Part shown: in pieces, positions 20,090 through 30,313 of the stretch
Layout: each line of letters begins with the position of its first letter
How positions within the stretch are numbered: the stretch's first letter is position 1
Assembly: GCA_902600245.1 (NCBI GenBank)
Contig: CACKIQ010000001.1
Span: 835-64,834 of the forward strand
Length of the DNA stretch: 64,000 bases
Source of the DNA: an uncultured Pelagibacteraceae bacterium
GTDB lineage: Bacteria; Pseudomonadota; Alphaproteobacteria; Pelagibacterales; Pelagibacteraceae
Direction: 5' to 3'
Notes under the pieces: model-generated
Database searches by the model: none
Told to the model about the DNA's origin: nothing
What the model saw: only the letters and a program-made list of their open reading frames with translations
Made by a program: the position numbers and the translations under genes

Positions 20090-21262
20090 GTGAAAATAAC
20101 TTCTATTAAAAGTCATGTACTTAGATATGAGTTAGAAAAAGAACTCGGTTACTCACAACAATATTACAAACACCGTACAGCCCACCTAGTTGAAGTCCAA
20201 ACAGATGAAGGAATAATTGGTTGGGGAGAATGTTTTGGCCCTGGAAACATAGCTTTAGCAAACAAGTATATTGTTGAAAAGGTTATACAGCCTTTAGTGA
20301 TTGGTGAAGATCCTCTAAACAAAGAGCATATCTGGCAAAAAGTCTACAATCTTTTAAGGGATAGTGGTCAAAAGGGTATGCCAATTCAAGCATTATCAGG
20401 AGTAGATATTGCCTTGTGGGATATACTAGGTAAGAAAACGAAAGCTCCACTTTATCAACTCGTTGGAGGAAAATGTAACAACAAAGTTCCAGTTTACGGT
20501 TATGGAATGATGTTACAGAAAAAATCAGTTAATGAATTGGTCGCTTTGTTTCAAGAAGAGTCAAAGCAAATAAAATCTAAAAATTTTAAAGCTATGAAAA
20601 TGAAAATTGGATTAGGTCCTAGAGAGGATTTAAAACTAGTTCAAGCTGTGAGAGACTCTGTTGGAAAAGATTTTAAATTAATGGTTGATGCAAATCATGC
20701 TTATAATTTAAAAGATGCACTTTATGTTGGAAAAGGTTTAGATGAATTAGATATTCATTGGTTTGAAGAACCTGTTGCTCCTGAAGATTATGAGGGATAT
20801 AGAGAATTAAAACAAAAAATCTCTACAAGTATTGCAGGTGGTGAAGCTGAATTTACGAAATATGGATGGAATAAATTAATAAGTGATAAATGTGTAGATA
20901 TTGCTCAACCCGAGGTATGTGGTTTAGGTGGGATTACTGAGTATTTAAAAGTTGCCGCTCTGGCTCAGGCAAATTTTATTCCAGTAATTAATCATGTTTG
21001 GGGTTCTGCCGTTAGTATAGCGGTTAATCTTCATTTATTGACTGCACAGCCAGATATGCCTGGAGGTTTGTTTCCATCAAAATCTATGCTTGAATTCGAT
21101 ACAACAGAGAATAATATTTTCATCACAGATTTACCAAAAGAAGATTTCTCGATACTAGATCAAGTAAAAAATAATAATGGATATGCATCAGTGACTGATA
21201 ACGTAGGAATTGGCATTAATCCAACAGAAGATTTTTTAAAAGAGTTTGAAGTAAATGAATAA
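20090..21262 (+). CDS. Mandelate racemase/enolase superfamily, D-galactarolactone cycloisomerase (Gci)-like
   Basis: GWGECFGP, YNLLRDSGQKG, SGVDIALWDI, KMKIG, MVDANH, WFEEP, HVWG; likely GTG start at 20090. Confidence 0.8.
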   Translation: MKITSIKSHVLRYELEKELGYSQQYYKHRTAHLVEVQTDEGIIGWGECFGPGNIALANKYIVEKVIQPLVIGEDPLNKEHIWQKVYNLLRDSGQKGMPIQALSGVDIALWDILGKKTKAPLYQLVGGKCNNKVPVYGYGMMLQKKSVNELVALFQEESKQIKSKNFKAMKMKIGLGPREDLKLVQAVRDSVGKDFKLMVDANHAYNLKDALYVGKGLDELDIHWFEEPVAPEDYEGYRELKQKISTSIAGGEAEFTKYGWNKLISDKCVDIAQPEVCGLGGITEYLKVAALAQANFIPVINHVWGSAVSIAVNLHLLTAQPDMPGGLFPSKSMLEFDTTENNIFITDLPKEDFSILDQVKNNNGYASVTDNVGIGINPTEDFLKEFEVNE

Positions 21263-22166
21263 GATAAAAACTTTAGAACCAAAACCTATTTGGAAATTAA
21301 GATGCACTTTAGGAGAAGGAACGCTTTGGGTAAAAGAACATAATTCAATTTACTTTGTAGATATAAAAAAAAAGAAAATTTGTTCTTTAAATATAAAAAA
21401 TAAGAAAAAGAAAATTTTTAAAGTAAATAAAGAAATTGGTTTTATTGCACACATTAAAGATTATATTTTCATTTTAGGTCTTCAGGGGGAACTAAGAATT
21501 CAAAATTTAAAATCAAAAAAAATTCTAAGATCAATTATAATTGAGTCAGATTTAAAACTTAACAGAATTAATGATGGTAAAACTGACCCAGCTGGAAATT
21601 TATGGTTTGGAACTATGGATAATTTAGAGAGAAAAATTGAAAGGGGTTCATTATATAAATTAGACAAAAACTTAAAATTATCAAAAGTTGATAAAAATTA
21701 TAGAATAACCAATGGGCCAGCTTTTATAGATAAATTTAATTTTTATCATACTGATAGTGCTAAAAAAAAAATTTACAAAATAAAAATAAATAAAAATAAT
21801 AAAATTATTAATAAAAAAGTATTTAAAAAATTTAATAATAACGAAGGGGTTCCAGACGGTATGACTCTAGACAGAAATAAAAATCTGTGGGTAGCTCATT
21901 TCCACGGAGCTTGTATTTCTGTATTCAACAAAAAAGCAAATTTAATTCATAGAATTCAACTTCCAGCAAAAAATATAACTAACTGTGCATTTGGAGGCAA
22001 AAACACTAATGAACTTTATGTTTCAACTGCAACAAAAGGGATGAACAAAGCTGATTTGCGAAAATTTAGATATTCTGGTTTCTTTTTTAGTGTAAAAACA
22101 AATGTAAAAGGAATTTTACAAAAAAAATTTATTATAAGTAATGAAGAAAAGAGATCTTTACTATGA
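21255..22166 (+). CDS. SMP-30/gluconolactonase family sugar lactonase
   Basis: LGEG, RINDG, ITNGPAF, PDGM, TNCAFGG. Confidence 0.9.
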   Translation: MNKIKTLEPKPIWKLRCTLGEGTLWVKEHNSIYFVDIKKKKICSLNIKNKKKKIFKVNKEIGFIAHIKDYIFILGLQGELRIQNLKSKKILRSIIIESDLKLNRINDGKTDPAGNLWFGTMDNLERKIERGSLYKLDKNLKLSKVDKNYRITNGPAFIDKFNFYHTDSAKKKIYKIKINKNNKIINKKVFKKFNNNEGVPDGMTLDRNKNLWVAHFHGACISVFNKKANLIHRIQLPAKNITNCAFGGKNTNELYVSTATKGMNKADLRKFRYSGFFFSVKTNVKGILQKKFIISNEEKRSLL

Positions 22167-24831
22167 AAGAATACCTACCAAACTTTTAAGAGAGGATTTT
22201 AGGCTATTAGGAACTTACCTTGGTAGAGTTATTAAAGATCAAGAAGGCTTAGCTTTTTTTAAAATTGTAGAAAAATTTAGATTGTTATCAAAAAATACCT
22301 TAATTGATAAAAATAAATTTAAAATCTTATCAAAAATATCAAAAGAAGTTAAAAAACTATCATCTGAAAATATATTTAAATTAACAAGAGCATTCTCACA
22401 AATTTTAAATTTATTAAATTTAGCTGAGTCTATTGATGCCTCTAGAAGGTTAAATGAGTATCAAAATCCATATTTTAAAAGTAAAAATCAAAATCTTTTT
22501 ATTGAGGATGTAATTGAAGGTCTTTTTAAAAATAAAGCAATATCTAAAAAAAAAATTTATGAACAAGCTACAAAACTTGATATTGGAATTGTGCTCACTG
22601 CACACCCCACAGAGGTGAAGAGACGAACATTAATCCAAAAGTACGCAAATTTAATAAATATTATGGAGCAAAGACATCTATATAAAAAATATCCATCTAA
22701 AATTATAGAGCTAGACAGACAGTTATATTCCGAGATTGCGATAATATGGAAAACTGATGAACTTAAACGAACTAAACCATCTCCACTCGATGAAGCTAGA
22801 TGGGGTTTAGCAGTAATAGAGGATAGTTTATGGGATACCATTCCAAGAGTTTATAAAAGACTAAATGATATTTTTAGAAAAAATTTAAAAAAGGATCTTC
22901 CAAGAGATTTTAATCCGATCCAATTTGGATCATGGATGGGTGGTGATAGGGACGGAAATCCAAATGTCACAGCCGAAGTTACCAAAAGAGTTATTTTATT
23001 TTCTAGATGGCAGGCTGCAAAATTGTATGAAAAGGAGCTTACAAAGTTGATACAAGATTTATCAATGGAAGAATGTTCACCAAAAATAAAAAAAATTACA
23101 GGAAATAGTTTTGAACCCTATAGAGTTTTTTTAAGGCCAATCAGAGACAAAGCAAGACTTACCCATCAATTAATTGAAGATCATTTAAATAACAATTCTT
23201 TTCTAGATGAAAAAAAATTAATTCAAAACAAAAATGAAATAACTTTTCCATTAAGAGAGGTAAGAAATTCACTAAAATTAAATAAAGAGGATCATATTGC
23301 AAATGCAGACTTGCTAGACTTAATGAGAAGAGTAAGATGTTTTGGAATTAATCTCGCTAGATTAGACATTAGGCAAGAGTCTGGAAGACATAGTAAATTA
23401 TTAAATGAAATTTTTAAAAGAAAAAATAATATAAAATATACTTCTTTAATTGAGCAAGAAAAAATAAATTTACTAAATAAACTTATTAAAAAGAAAAAAA
23501 ACTTTGTTCATAACATTAAATTAAAAGATGGAGAAAATAAAGAAGTTTGGAATACTTTTAAATTGATATCAAAATCTCCTAATGAATGTTTAGGTGCTTA
23601 TGTTATATCAATGACTTCAACAGCCTCTGATATTTTGTCAGTTTATTTTTTACAAACACAAGCAAAAGTAAAGAATTTGTTAAGAGTGGTGCCACTTTTT
23701 GAGACTTTAGAGGATTTAAAAAATGCAAAAGATGTAATGAACAATTTATTTAAACTTTCTTGGTATAGAAAAATGATAAATTCTAAGCAAGAAATTATGA
23801 TTGGATATTCAGACTCAAGTAAAGATGCTGGAAAGTTATCAGCGAGCTGGCATCAATATAAACTTCAAGAGGAATTAAGAAGTCTAGCAAAGAAATATAA
23901 AATTGATTTAGTCTTCTTTCATGGCAGGGGAGGATCTCCAGGTAGAGGTGGTGGGCCAATTCAAGCAACCTTAAAATCTCAACCATCTGGTACAGTAAAT
24001 GGAAAAATCAGAATTACTGATCAGGGTGAGGTAATTCAACAAAAATATGGATATAAACCTTTAGCTGAATATAACCTTTGTAGTTATATTGGAGCAGTTA
24101 TGGATGCATCTTTAAATCCACCTCCAAGATCAAAGCCAAATTGGAGAGAATTAATTCACAATATGTCAGAAATTTCAACATCTGCTTATAGAAAATATTT
24201 AAATCAAAATGAGGACTTTATTAGATATTTTAAAACTGTAACTCCACATAAATCACTTGGGAAGTTGGCGATAGGGTCTAGACCATCAAAACGTAAGAAT
24301 GTTGATAACATCCAAGGCTTAAGAGCGATACCATGGGTATTTGCTTGGACACAGATAAGACTTATGTTGCCAGCGTGGCTTGGAACAACAGAGGCTTTAA
24401 GATATGGATCAATAAAAAAATTTAAAAAAACAATAACTGACATGGAAAAGAATTGGCCATATTTTATTTCAACTATGGATATTTTAGATATGGTAATTTC
24501 AAAAGTAGACCCAAAAATATCAATAATTTATGAAAACAATTTAGCTGACAACTCATTGAAAAGAATTGGTAAAAAATTAAGATTTCAATTTGCTTCATTG
24601 GTCAAATTGCATAATAAAATTACTCCAAGAGAAGTGGTAAAAGAGAGAAAAGAATTTAGAAAAGCTTTGTTTATAAGAAGTAATTATACAGAGATTTTAA
24701 ATATTTTACAGGCAAACATAATGAATAAATTGAAAGACAAAAAATATAAAAATTTAGATAAAAAATTTCTTGAAGATGCTCTTATGACTTCTATCGCAGG
24801 TATATCTGCAGCAATGAAAAATACTGGATAA
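22141..24831 (+). CDS. ppc: Phosphoenolpyruvate carboxylase
   Basis: VLTAHPTE, GGDRDGNP, MIGYSDSSKDAG, FHGRGG, LRAIPW, terminal MKNTG. Confidence 0.96.
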   Translation: MKKRDLYYERIPTKLLREDFRLLGTYLGRVIKDQEGLAFFKIVEKFRLLSKNTLIDKNKFKILSKISKEVKKLSSENIFKLTRAFSQILNLLNLAESIDASRRLNEYQNPYFKSKNQNLFIEDVIEGLFKNKAISKKKIYEQATKLDIGIVLTAHPTEVKRRTLIQKYANLINIMEQRHLYKKYPSKIIELDRQLYSEIAIIWKTDELKRTKPSPLDEARWGLAVIEDSLWDTIPRVYKRLNDIFRKNLKKDLPRDFNPIQFGSWMGGDRDGNPNVTAEVTKRVILFSRWQAAKLYEKELTKLIQDLSMEECSPKIKKITGNSFEPYRVFLRPIRDKARLTHQLIEDHLNNNSFLDEKKLIQNKNEITFPLREVRNSLKLNKEDHIANADLLDLMRRVRCFGINLARLDIRQESGRHSKLLNEIFKRKNNIKYTSLIEQEKINLLNKLIKKKKNFVHNIKLKDGENKEVWNTFKLISKSPNECLGAYVISMTSTASDILSVYFLQTQAKVKNLLRVVPLFETLEDLKNAKDVMNNLFKLSWYRKMINSKQEIMIGYSDSSKDAGKLSASWHQYKLQEELRSLAKKYKIDLVFFHGRGGSPGRGGGPIQATLKSQPSGTVNGKIRITDQGEVIQQKYGYKPLAEYNLCSYIGAVMDASLNPPPRSKPNWRELIHNMSEISTSAYRKYLNQNEDFIRYFKTVTPHKSLGKLAIGSRPSKRKNVDNIQGLRAIPWVFAWTQIRLMLPAWLGTTEALRYGSIKKFKKTITDMEKNWPYFISTMDILDMVISKVDPKISIIYENNLADNSLKRIGKKLRFQFASLVKLHNKITPREVVKERKEFRKALFIRSNYTEILNILQANIMNKLKDKKYKNLDKKFLEDALMTSIAGISAAMKNTG

Positions 24832-25539
24832 ATGTTTGAATATTTAATTGCTTTCGGGGCAGGACTTATAAGTTTTTTGTCTCCATGTGTTTTACCTTTG
24901 ATACCTGGATATATTTCATATATCTCTGGTCAATCTTTACAAGAAATATTAAACAAAAAAAAAATAAACTTTTTCCCGTTAATTTTGTTTTGTTTAGGGT
25001 TCTCAACCGTATTTGTTCTTTTGGGAGCATCTGCATCATTTTTAGGTCAGACACTCTTACAAAATTCAGAAGTGTTAAGAATTTTAGCTGGGATAGTTAT
25101 AATAATTTTTTCTCTTCAATTAATCGGGATAATCAATATTCCCTACTTAAATTTTGAAAAAAGATTTGATGCGAAAGAATCAAGAAATATTCTTTTTCCA
25201 TATGTAATTGGCGTTGCTTTTGGTTTTGGTTGGACTCCATGTATTGGTCCAATTTTAGGTTCTATTTTAGCTTTAGCATCTATTGAAGAAACTTTAACAA
25301 GAGCAGTCATATTATTAATTTTCTACTCTTTGGGACTTGCTATTCCTTTTGTTTTATCAGGATATTTAATCCAAAGATTTTTATTATTTTCTAAGAACTT
25401 TAGGAAAAATATTAATTTAATATCAAAAATTGGTGGAATTATTCTTTTAGTAACAGGTATTTTAATCTTAACCAATCAATTACAAGCAATTGGATTTTAT
25501 ATAATTGAAATCTTTCCTTTTATGCAAAAATTCGGATAA
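24832..25539 (+). CDS. ccdA: Cytochrome c biogenesis protein CcdA
   Basis: SFLSPCVLP and WTPCIGPIL. Confidence 0.92.
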   Translation: MFEYLIAFGAGLISFLSPCVLPLIPGYISYISGQSLQEILNKKKINFFPLILFCLGFSTVFVLLGASASFLGQTLLQNSEVLRILAGIVIIIFSLQLIGIINIPYLNFEKRFDAKESRNILFPYVIGVAFGFGWTPCIGPILGSILALASIEETLTRAVILLIFYSLGLAIPFVLSGYLIQRFLLFSKNFRKNINLISKIGGIILLVTGILILTNQLQAIGFYIIEIFPFMQKFG

Positions 25540-25548
25540 AAGGTATTA

Positions 25549-26136
25549 ATGAAGATTTATCAAATAGATTCAAGTGCTAGAAAAAAAGGATCAACTTCAC
25601 GTGCACTTGCTAAAAAACTTTTAGAGAAAATTAAAAAACCTGGAGATGAGGTGATTTATCGTGATCTAGATGATGAAATGTTTTTTGTTAGCGGACTTAC
25701 AGAGTCGGGTATGAAAATTGATGAAAAAGATCAGACAGAGCACCACAAAAAAATGTTCGAACTTTCTGATAAATTAGTAAAAGAGTTAAAAGAAAGTGAT
25801 GTGATTATAATTTCAGCTCCTATTTACAATTATGGTCCCCCAGCAACACTTAAAGCGTGGTCAGATTTAGCAGCAAGAATTGGAGAAACTTTTAGATTTA
25901 AACCTAATGGGAGACGGGAAGGGTTATTAAAAAATAAACATGCCTATTTAGTAATAACCTCTGGAGGAACCAAATTGAACAGCTCTGAGGATTTCTTAAC
26001 TCCTTGGTTAAAATTTATCCTTAATTTTTTTGGAATTGAAAAAGTAGATATTGTAAGTGCAGATCAAATGGCATTAGATTATGAAAAATCAATAAGTGAT
26101 GCAGAGGCACAAATAGAAAAATTATTTAAAGATTAA
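25549..26136 (+). CDS. azoR: FMN-dependent NADH-azoreductase
   Basis: IDSSAR..STSR, PIYNY, LKAW.D, TF. Confidence 0.85.
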   Translation: MKIYQIDSSARKKGSTSRALAKKLLEKIKKPGDEVIYRDLDDEMFFVSGLTESGMKIDEKDQTEHHKKMFELSDKLVKELKESDVIIISAPIYNYGPPATLKAWSDLAARIGETFRFKPNGRREGLLKNKHAYLVITSGGTKLNSSEDFLTPWLKFILNFFGIEKVDIVSADQMALDYEKSISDAEAQIEKLFKD

Positions 26137-27229
26137 ACTTTCTTTTTAAATGTCTTAGCTTCCCTTCGGTGCTGTCAAAATCAATATAACAACCTTGTAA
26201 AAATCTTTCACCTTCTTTAGTTTCATAAGATGTTCTACCATGTAGTAATCGATGATTATCCATCATTATTAAGTCTTTTGGTTGAAGTTTAAATTCAATT
26301 CTATATTTCTCAGAATTATACATTTCAGATAGTTTCTTTCTTGCTTGATAATAAAGATCTAATTTTTCTTTATCTAAAATTGGAACATAGTCTAGCCTAG
26401 GACTAAATCTAACTTGTTTAAAACTTTTATCATCGTTAAGTTCAATTAAAGGAGAGATGTTTTCAAGAATTACCTCTTTATCTACAAATTTAAATCTAAC
26501 TTTTACTTCTGTTAAAATTTCATAAAATTCTGGAAATTCACTTTTTAATTTTTCTGTGACAGTATAACCGTCAACTAAAGATGACAGTCCACCTGATACT
26601 TTACTTTCAATACAATGTAATAACTGAATACACGGCACAGGATTTCTATAAGGATTATCAGTATGAGGAGCCAAGGCTAAAGATGTATAAGCAAGATCAT
26701 TAGGGTCTGGTTTAGATTTAACATTAAAATATTCTCCAAAATTTGTTCTTCGTACACTTCCAATAGAATTTGCAAATTCTACAATATAGTTTTTTGATGT
26801 TGGAATATTTTTTATAATAACAAATCCATATTTATAAAAAGAAACGAGTAAATCATGCATTTCTTTACTTTCATAAAAATCTTTTTGATACTGAAAATTT
26901 TTAATATTTTTAAGTCCCGAGTCCCATTTGGTTTTTTCTATTGATTTAATAACAATATCCTCTTTAGAAAATTCTAAAGCAATTTTATCAATTTCTAGTT
27001 TTGAAGTAACACCATCATTAAAATCAATTTCCAAATATTTTTCATTAATATTTGCTTTATTTATTGAAATATCACTACTTAAGGAAGTAGGATCGAAAAG
27101 TCTCTGTTGAGTTCCTTTATCTAGGTATTCTTCACCATTTACTCTTTCACGTAACCAGAATGGGTGGATTTCTTTTTTTTCAGATCCATTATTGTAAAAA
27201 ACCTTGTTTTGATTTAGCTCAATTTTCAT
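26126..27229 (-). CDS. Gamma-butyrobetaine dioxygenase-like TauD/TfdA 2-oxoglutarate-Fe(II) dioxygenase
   Basis: FWLRER...TQQRL N-terminal domain, HTDNPY, DNHRLLHGR. Confidence 0.85.
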   Translation of the reverse strand: MKIELNQNKVFYNNGSEKKEIHPFWLRERVNGEEYLDKGTQQRLFDPTSLSSDISINKANINEKYLEIDFNDGVTSKLEIDKIALEFSKEDIVIKSIEKTKWDSGLKNIKNFQYQKDFYESKEMHDLLVSFYKYGFVIIKNIPTSKNYIVEFANSIGSVRRTNFGEYFNVKSKPDPNDLAYTSLALAPHTDNPYRNPVPCIQLLHCIESKVSGGLSSLVDGYTVTEKLKSEFPEFYEILTEVKVRFKFVDKEVILENISPLIELNDDKSFKQVRFSPRLDYVPILDKEKLDLYYQARKKLSEMYNSEKYRIEFKLQPKDLIMMDNHRLLHGRTSYETKEGERFLQGCYIDFDSTEGKLRHLKRKFNL

Positions 27230-27296
27230 AATTACCACCTGAGGATTATTTAAAATTTAACTTTAATCAACATAAATTAAATAGTAAGAGTTCTGT

Positions 27297-28103
27297 GTGA
27301 TTAATTTTGATAGAAAAAAATACCCTATATACGCTAGTTTTTTAAATCAATTAGCAAAGGATTTAACCAAGTTCTATAATTCAAAATTGAACAGAACCTT
27401 TAAAGTATCTAACAAGCTTAAAGGTAAAGGTTATGATCCAGTAACTACTTCAGACAGAGCCTTTGAAAAATTTATACGTTCAAAAATTAAAAAAAAATTT
27501 CCTTCACACCAAGTTGTTGGTGAAGAATATGGTTCAACAAATTCTAAAAGTGATTATACTTGGGTAATTGACCCTATAGATGGAACAAGATCCTACGTCA
27601 TAGGAAACCCAACTTGGAGCAACTTAATTTCATTAAATTTTAAAGGAACACCAATTCTGGGATTAGCAAACTTTCCAGTTCTTAAAAAATATTATTTAAA
27701 TTATTCCGATAAACTTGCTTATGTTGTTTCTCAAGGAAGAAAGAAAAAATTATCAGTGAATAAAAAAGCTACATTTAAAAATGTAAAGGTTTCTGCAGCA
27801 TTTCATGGGTGGTTGTCATTAAACAAGCAAAAAAAAATTCCAAAAATTTTAAAATTAATGCAATTTCCGTGTAGTGATGCTTTAAGCTATTCTCACTTAG
27901 CGGAAGGAAGAGTTGACATTGTAATACAGTGCTCAAATAAAATTTGGGATATTCACCCACTTATACCAATTATTAAGGCAGCTGGTGGTATTATTAGTAC
28001 TTGGGATAATAGAGATGCTGCTAATGCTGGAAATATCTTAGTTTCTTCAAATAAAAAAATTCATAATAATTTTCTAAAATTATTAAAACCAGTCTCTAAA
28101 TGA
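27297..28103 (+). CDS. Inositol monophosphatase family, HisN-like histidinol-phosphatase
   Basis: DPVT..D, GEEYG, WVIDPIDGT, WDIHP. Confidence 0.8.
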   Translation: MINFDRKKYPIYASFLNQLAKDLTKFYNSKLNRTFKVSNKLKGKGYDPVTTSDRAFEKFIRSKIKKKFPSHQVVGEEYGSTNSKSDYTWVIDPIDGTRSYVIGNPTWSNLISLNFKGTPILGLANFPVLKKYYLNYSDKLAYVVSQGRKKKLSVNKKATFKNVKVSAAFHGWLSLNKQKKIPKILKLMQFPCSDALSYSHLAEGRVDIVIQCSNKIWDIHPLIPIIKAAGGIISTWDNRDAANAGNILVSSNKKIHNNFLKLLKPVSK

Positions 28104-28663
28104 TACCAGAAAGAGCACAATTTATTTTAGATTTTTGGTTTAAAGAAACTCCTTTTGAAATGCGTTTCAAAAAAGATGAAATCTTTGATAAAAAAATTAA
28201 AGATAATTTTCTAAAAGATTATGAGCTTGCGTGTAATAATGAGTATGATGATTGGCAAGATAACCCAATGAGCTGCTTAGCTCTTGTAATTTTGTTTGAT
28301 CAGTTTTCTCGTAATTTATTTAGAAACGATAAAAAAGCTTTTGCTCAAGATCAAAAAACAAGATTAATTGTAAATGATGCAGTTTACTCTGGTTATTTAG
28401 AAGCTATGAATGTTGATCAAAGATTTTTTATGCTATTACCTTTAATTCATAGTGAGGAAATTAGTGATCATGAAATGGCTTATTATTTATTGAATAAATA
28501 TTTAAGAGAGCACGAAGAATATAACAAAATTAAAAAGTTTTGGCAGGATCATACAAAGGCTATTAGACTATTTCATAGATATCCACATAGAAATGAAATA
28601 TTGGGTCGAGAGTCTACTGAAGAAGAAAAAGAATTCTTAAAAAGTCCAAATTCATCTTGGTAA
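28100..28663 (+). CDS. DUF924 family protein
   Basis: ILDFWF, DQFSRNLFR, HSE, RYPHRNEILGREST. Confidence 0.88.
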   Translation: MIPERAQFILDFWFKETPFEMRFKKDEIFDKKIKDNFLKDYELACNNEYDDWQDNPMSCLALVILFDQFSRNLFRNDKKAFAQDQKTRLIVNDAVYSGYLEAMNVDQRFFMLLPLIHSEEISDHEMAYYLLNKYLREHEEYNKIKKFWQDHTKAIRLFHRYPHRNEILGRESTEEEKEFLKSPNSSW

Positions 28664-28664
28664 A

Positions 28665-29036
28665 ATGAATTTAGAGTTTATTTTTAAAATTATTGATAAA
28701 GATGATTGGCAAAAAGCCAAACAAACAGGAACTTATGGAGGATCAAAAAAAGATATTGAAGACGGTTACATACATTTCTCAGAGGAAGATCAAGTAGAAG
28801 AAACCCTAAGAAGACATTATCCAAAAAAAGATAATTTACTTTTATTAAAAGTGAATGCATTTAAACTTGAGCACTTACTATGGGAACAAGCTTCAAATGG
28901 AGATATGTATCCTCATTTATATTCGCCTTTAGACATTGCAAATGTTGAGGAAGAGTTTGAGTTGCCATTAAATGATGATGGAAATCATATGCTTCCAGAG
29001 ATTTTAAAAAAATATCAGTTTAGCCGTCCAAGATAA
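28665..29036 (+). CDS. DUF952 family protein
   Basis: DGYIHFS and YPHLY. Confidence 0.88.
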   Translation: MNLEFIFKIIDKDDWQKAKQTGTYGGSKKDIEDGYIHFSEEDQVEETLRRHYPKKDNLLLLKVNAFKLEHLLWEQASNGDMYPHLYSPLDIANVEEEFELPLNDDGNHMLPEILKKYQFSRPR

Positions 29037-29350
29037 TTAACCATAATTACACCAACAATAATTAATACTATTCCTACAATTCCATAAATATTTGGGACCT
29101 GATTAAGTTTTAACACTGCAAACAGAACAACTCCTGTTACTGTTAGACCGCTATATGTTGCATAAGCAAAACCAACTGGAAGAGCATGCATTGCTTTTGC
29201 AATTGAAAACATTGTAATACACATAAATAGAATGCATAAAACAGAAGGAGTTAATTTTGTAAATCCTTCAGAAATTTTGGCCAAGCTATTAGATGCAATT
29301 CCAAAAGAAATACCTAAAGCTAAAAATAAATAACCCAAAAAAGGTTTCAT
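29015..29350 (-). CDS. SMR-family small multidrug transporter
   Basis: About 110 aa, 4 TM; KISEGFT and PVGFAYA. Confidence 0.85.
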   Translation of the reverse strand: MKPFLGYLFLALGISFGIASNSLAKISEGFTKLTPSVLCILFMCITMFSIAKAMHALPVGFAYATYSGLTVTGVVLFAVLKLNQVPNIYGIVGIVLIIVGVIMVNYLGRLN

Positions 29351-29351
29351 A

Positions 29352-29684
29352 TTATTGATTTCCCAACAAATTTACCATTAATACGCCAACTATAATAAAT
29401 GCTAGTCCTATCATAGAATATAAATTGGGAACTTGATTATATTTAATTACACCAACAATGACTGTTGCTATAATTGTAAGTCCCGCAAAAGAGGCATAAG
29501 TAATTCCCATAGGAATATTTTTCATTACTAATGAGAGTGCATACATACACAGTACAATTGTAATTGCTGTAATTATACTTGGAACAAGAAGTGTAAAACC
29601 CTCAGCACTTTTTGCAAAACTGTTTGAAGTAACACCCAAAAATACTGCAATACCTAAAAATAAATATGAACTAGCTAGACTCAT
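29352..29684 (-). CDS. SMR-family small multidrug transporter (paired paralogue)
   Basis: About 110 aa, 4 TM; KSAEGFT and PMGITYA. Confidence 0.85.
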   Translation of the reverse strand: MSLASSYLFLGIAVFLGVTSNSFAKSAEGFTLLVPSIITAITIVLCMYALSLVMKNIPMGITYASFAGLTIIATVIVGVIKYNQVPNLYSMIGLAFIIVGVLMVNLLGNQ

Positions 29685-29722
29685 ACAATGACTTTAAATG
29701 AATTTTAAGAGAATATATAGAA

Positions 29723-30313
29723 TTATTTAAGAGACCATTTAATAGCATCTTCCATTCTATCATCTCCCCAGAAGATTTCATTTTTCACTATAAAAGATGG
29801 ACTACCAAAAATTTTATTTTTACGAGCTGAATTTGTGTTTTCGTTATATTTTGCCTCTATATTTTCTGATTTTGCCTCTGATATTATTTCATCCTTATTT
29901 AAATTTAATTCATTACAAACCTCAGAAATACTAGGTTCAATTGCAGGTTCTTTGCCTTCTTGGAACCATTTTTTATAAGTCAGCATTACAAATTTTTCTC
30001 CCCAGCCTTTTTCAAAACCAAAGATTGCTATTTGATTTGCTAAATCGAATTCTGATAAAGGGTAGGGAACTGGTGTCTTAGCAAAAAAACCATATCCTTC
30101 TGCTCGTCTTTCAATATCTCTCCACATGTAATTGACTTTATTAATTTTATCTTTTGGAAATGGTATATTATTCATTTCCTTCATTATTGCTCTAACTGAA
30201 AAGGGTTTCCAATTAAATTTTACTTGATGTGCTTTTTCAACATCAAGTATTCTAGTCACAGAAAGATAGGTGTAAGTGCTACCTATCGAAAAATAAAAAT
30301 CAATACCACTCAC
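29723..30313 (-). CDS. 2-hydroxychromene-2-carboxylate isomerase / GST-kappa (DsbA family)
   Basis: IDFYFSIGSTYTYL, IFGSPSF, FWGDDR. Confidence 0.88.
   Translation of the reverse strand: MSGIDFYFSIGSTYTYLSVTRILDVEKAHQVKFNWKPFSVRAIMKEMNNIPFPKDKINKVNYMWRDIERRAEGYGFFAKTPVPYPLSEFDLANQIAIFGFEKGWGEKFVMLTYKKWFQEGKEPAIEPSISEVCNELNLNKDEIISEAKSENIEAKYNENTNSARKNKIFGSPSFIVKNEIFWGDDRMEDAIKWSLK

Noticed and set aside
21360-21840. Poly-A-rich low-complexity tracts as repeats or non-coding DNA
   Set aside because: They are in-frame Lys/Asn/Ile codons of the lactonase, as expected from AT bias
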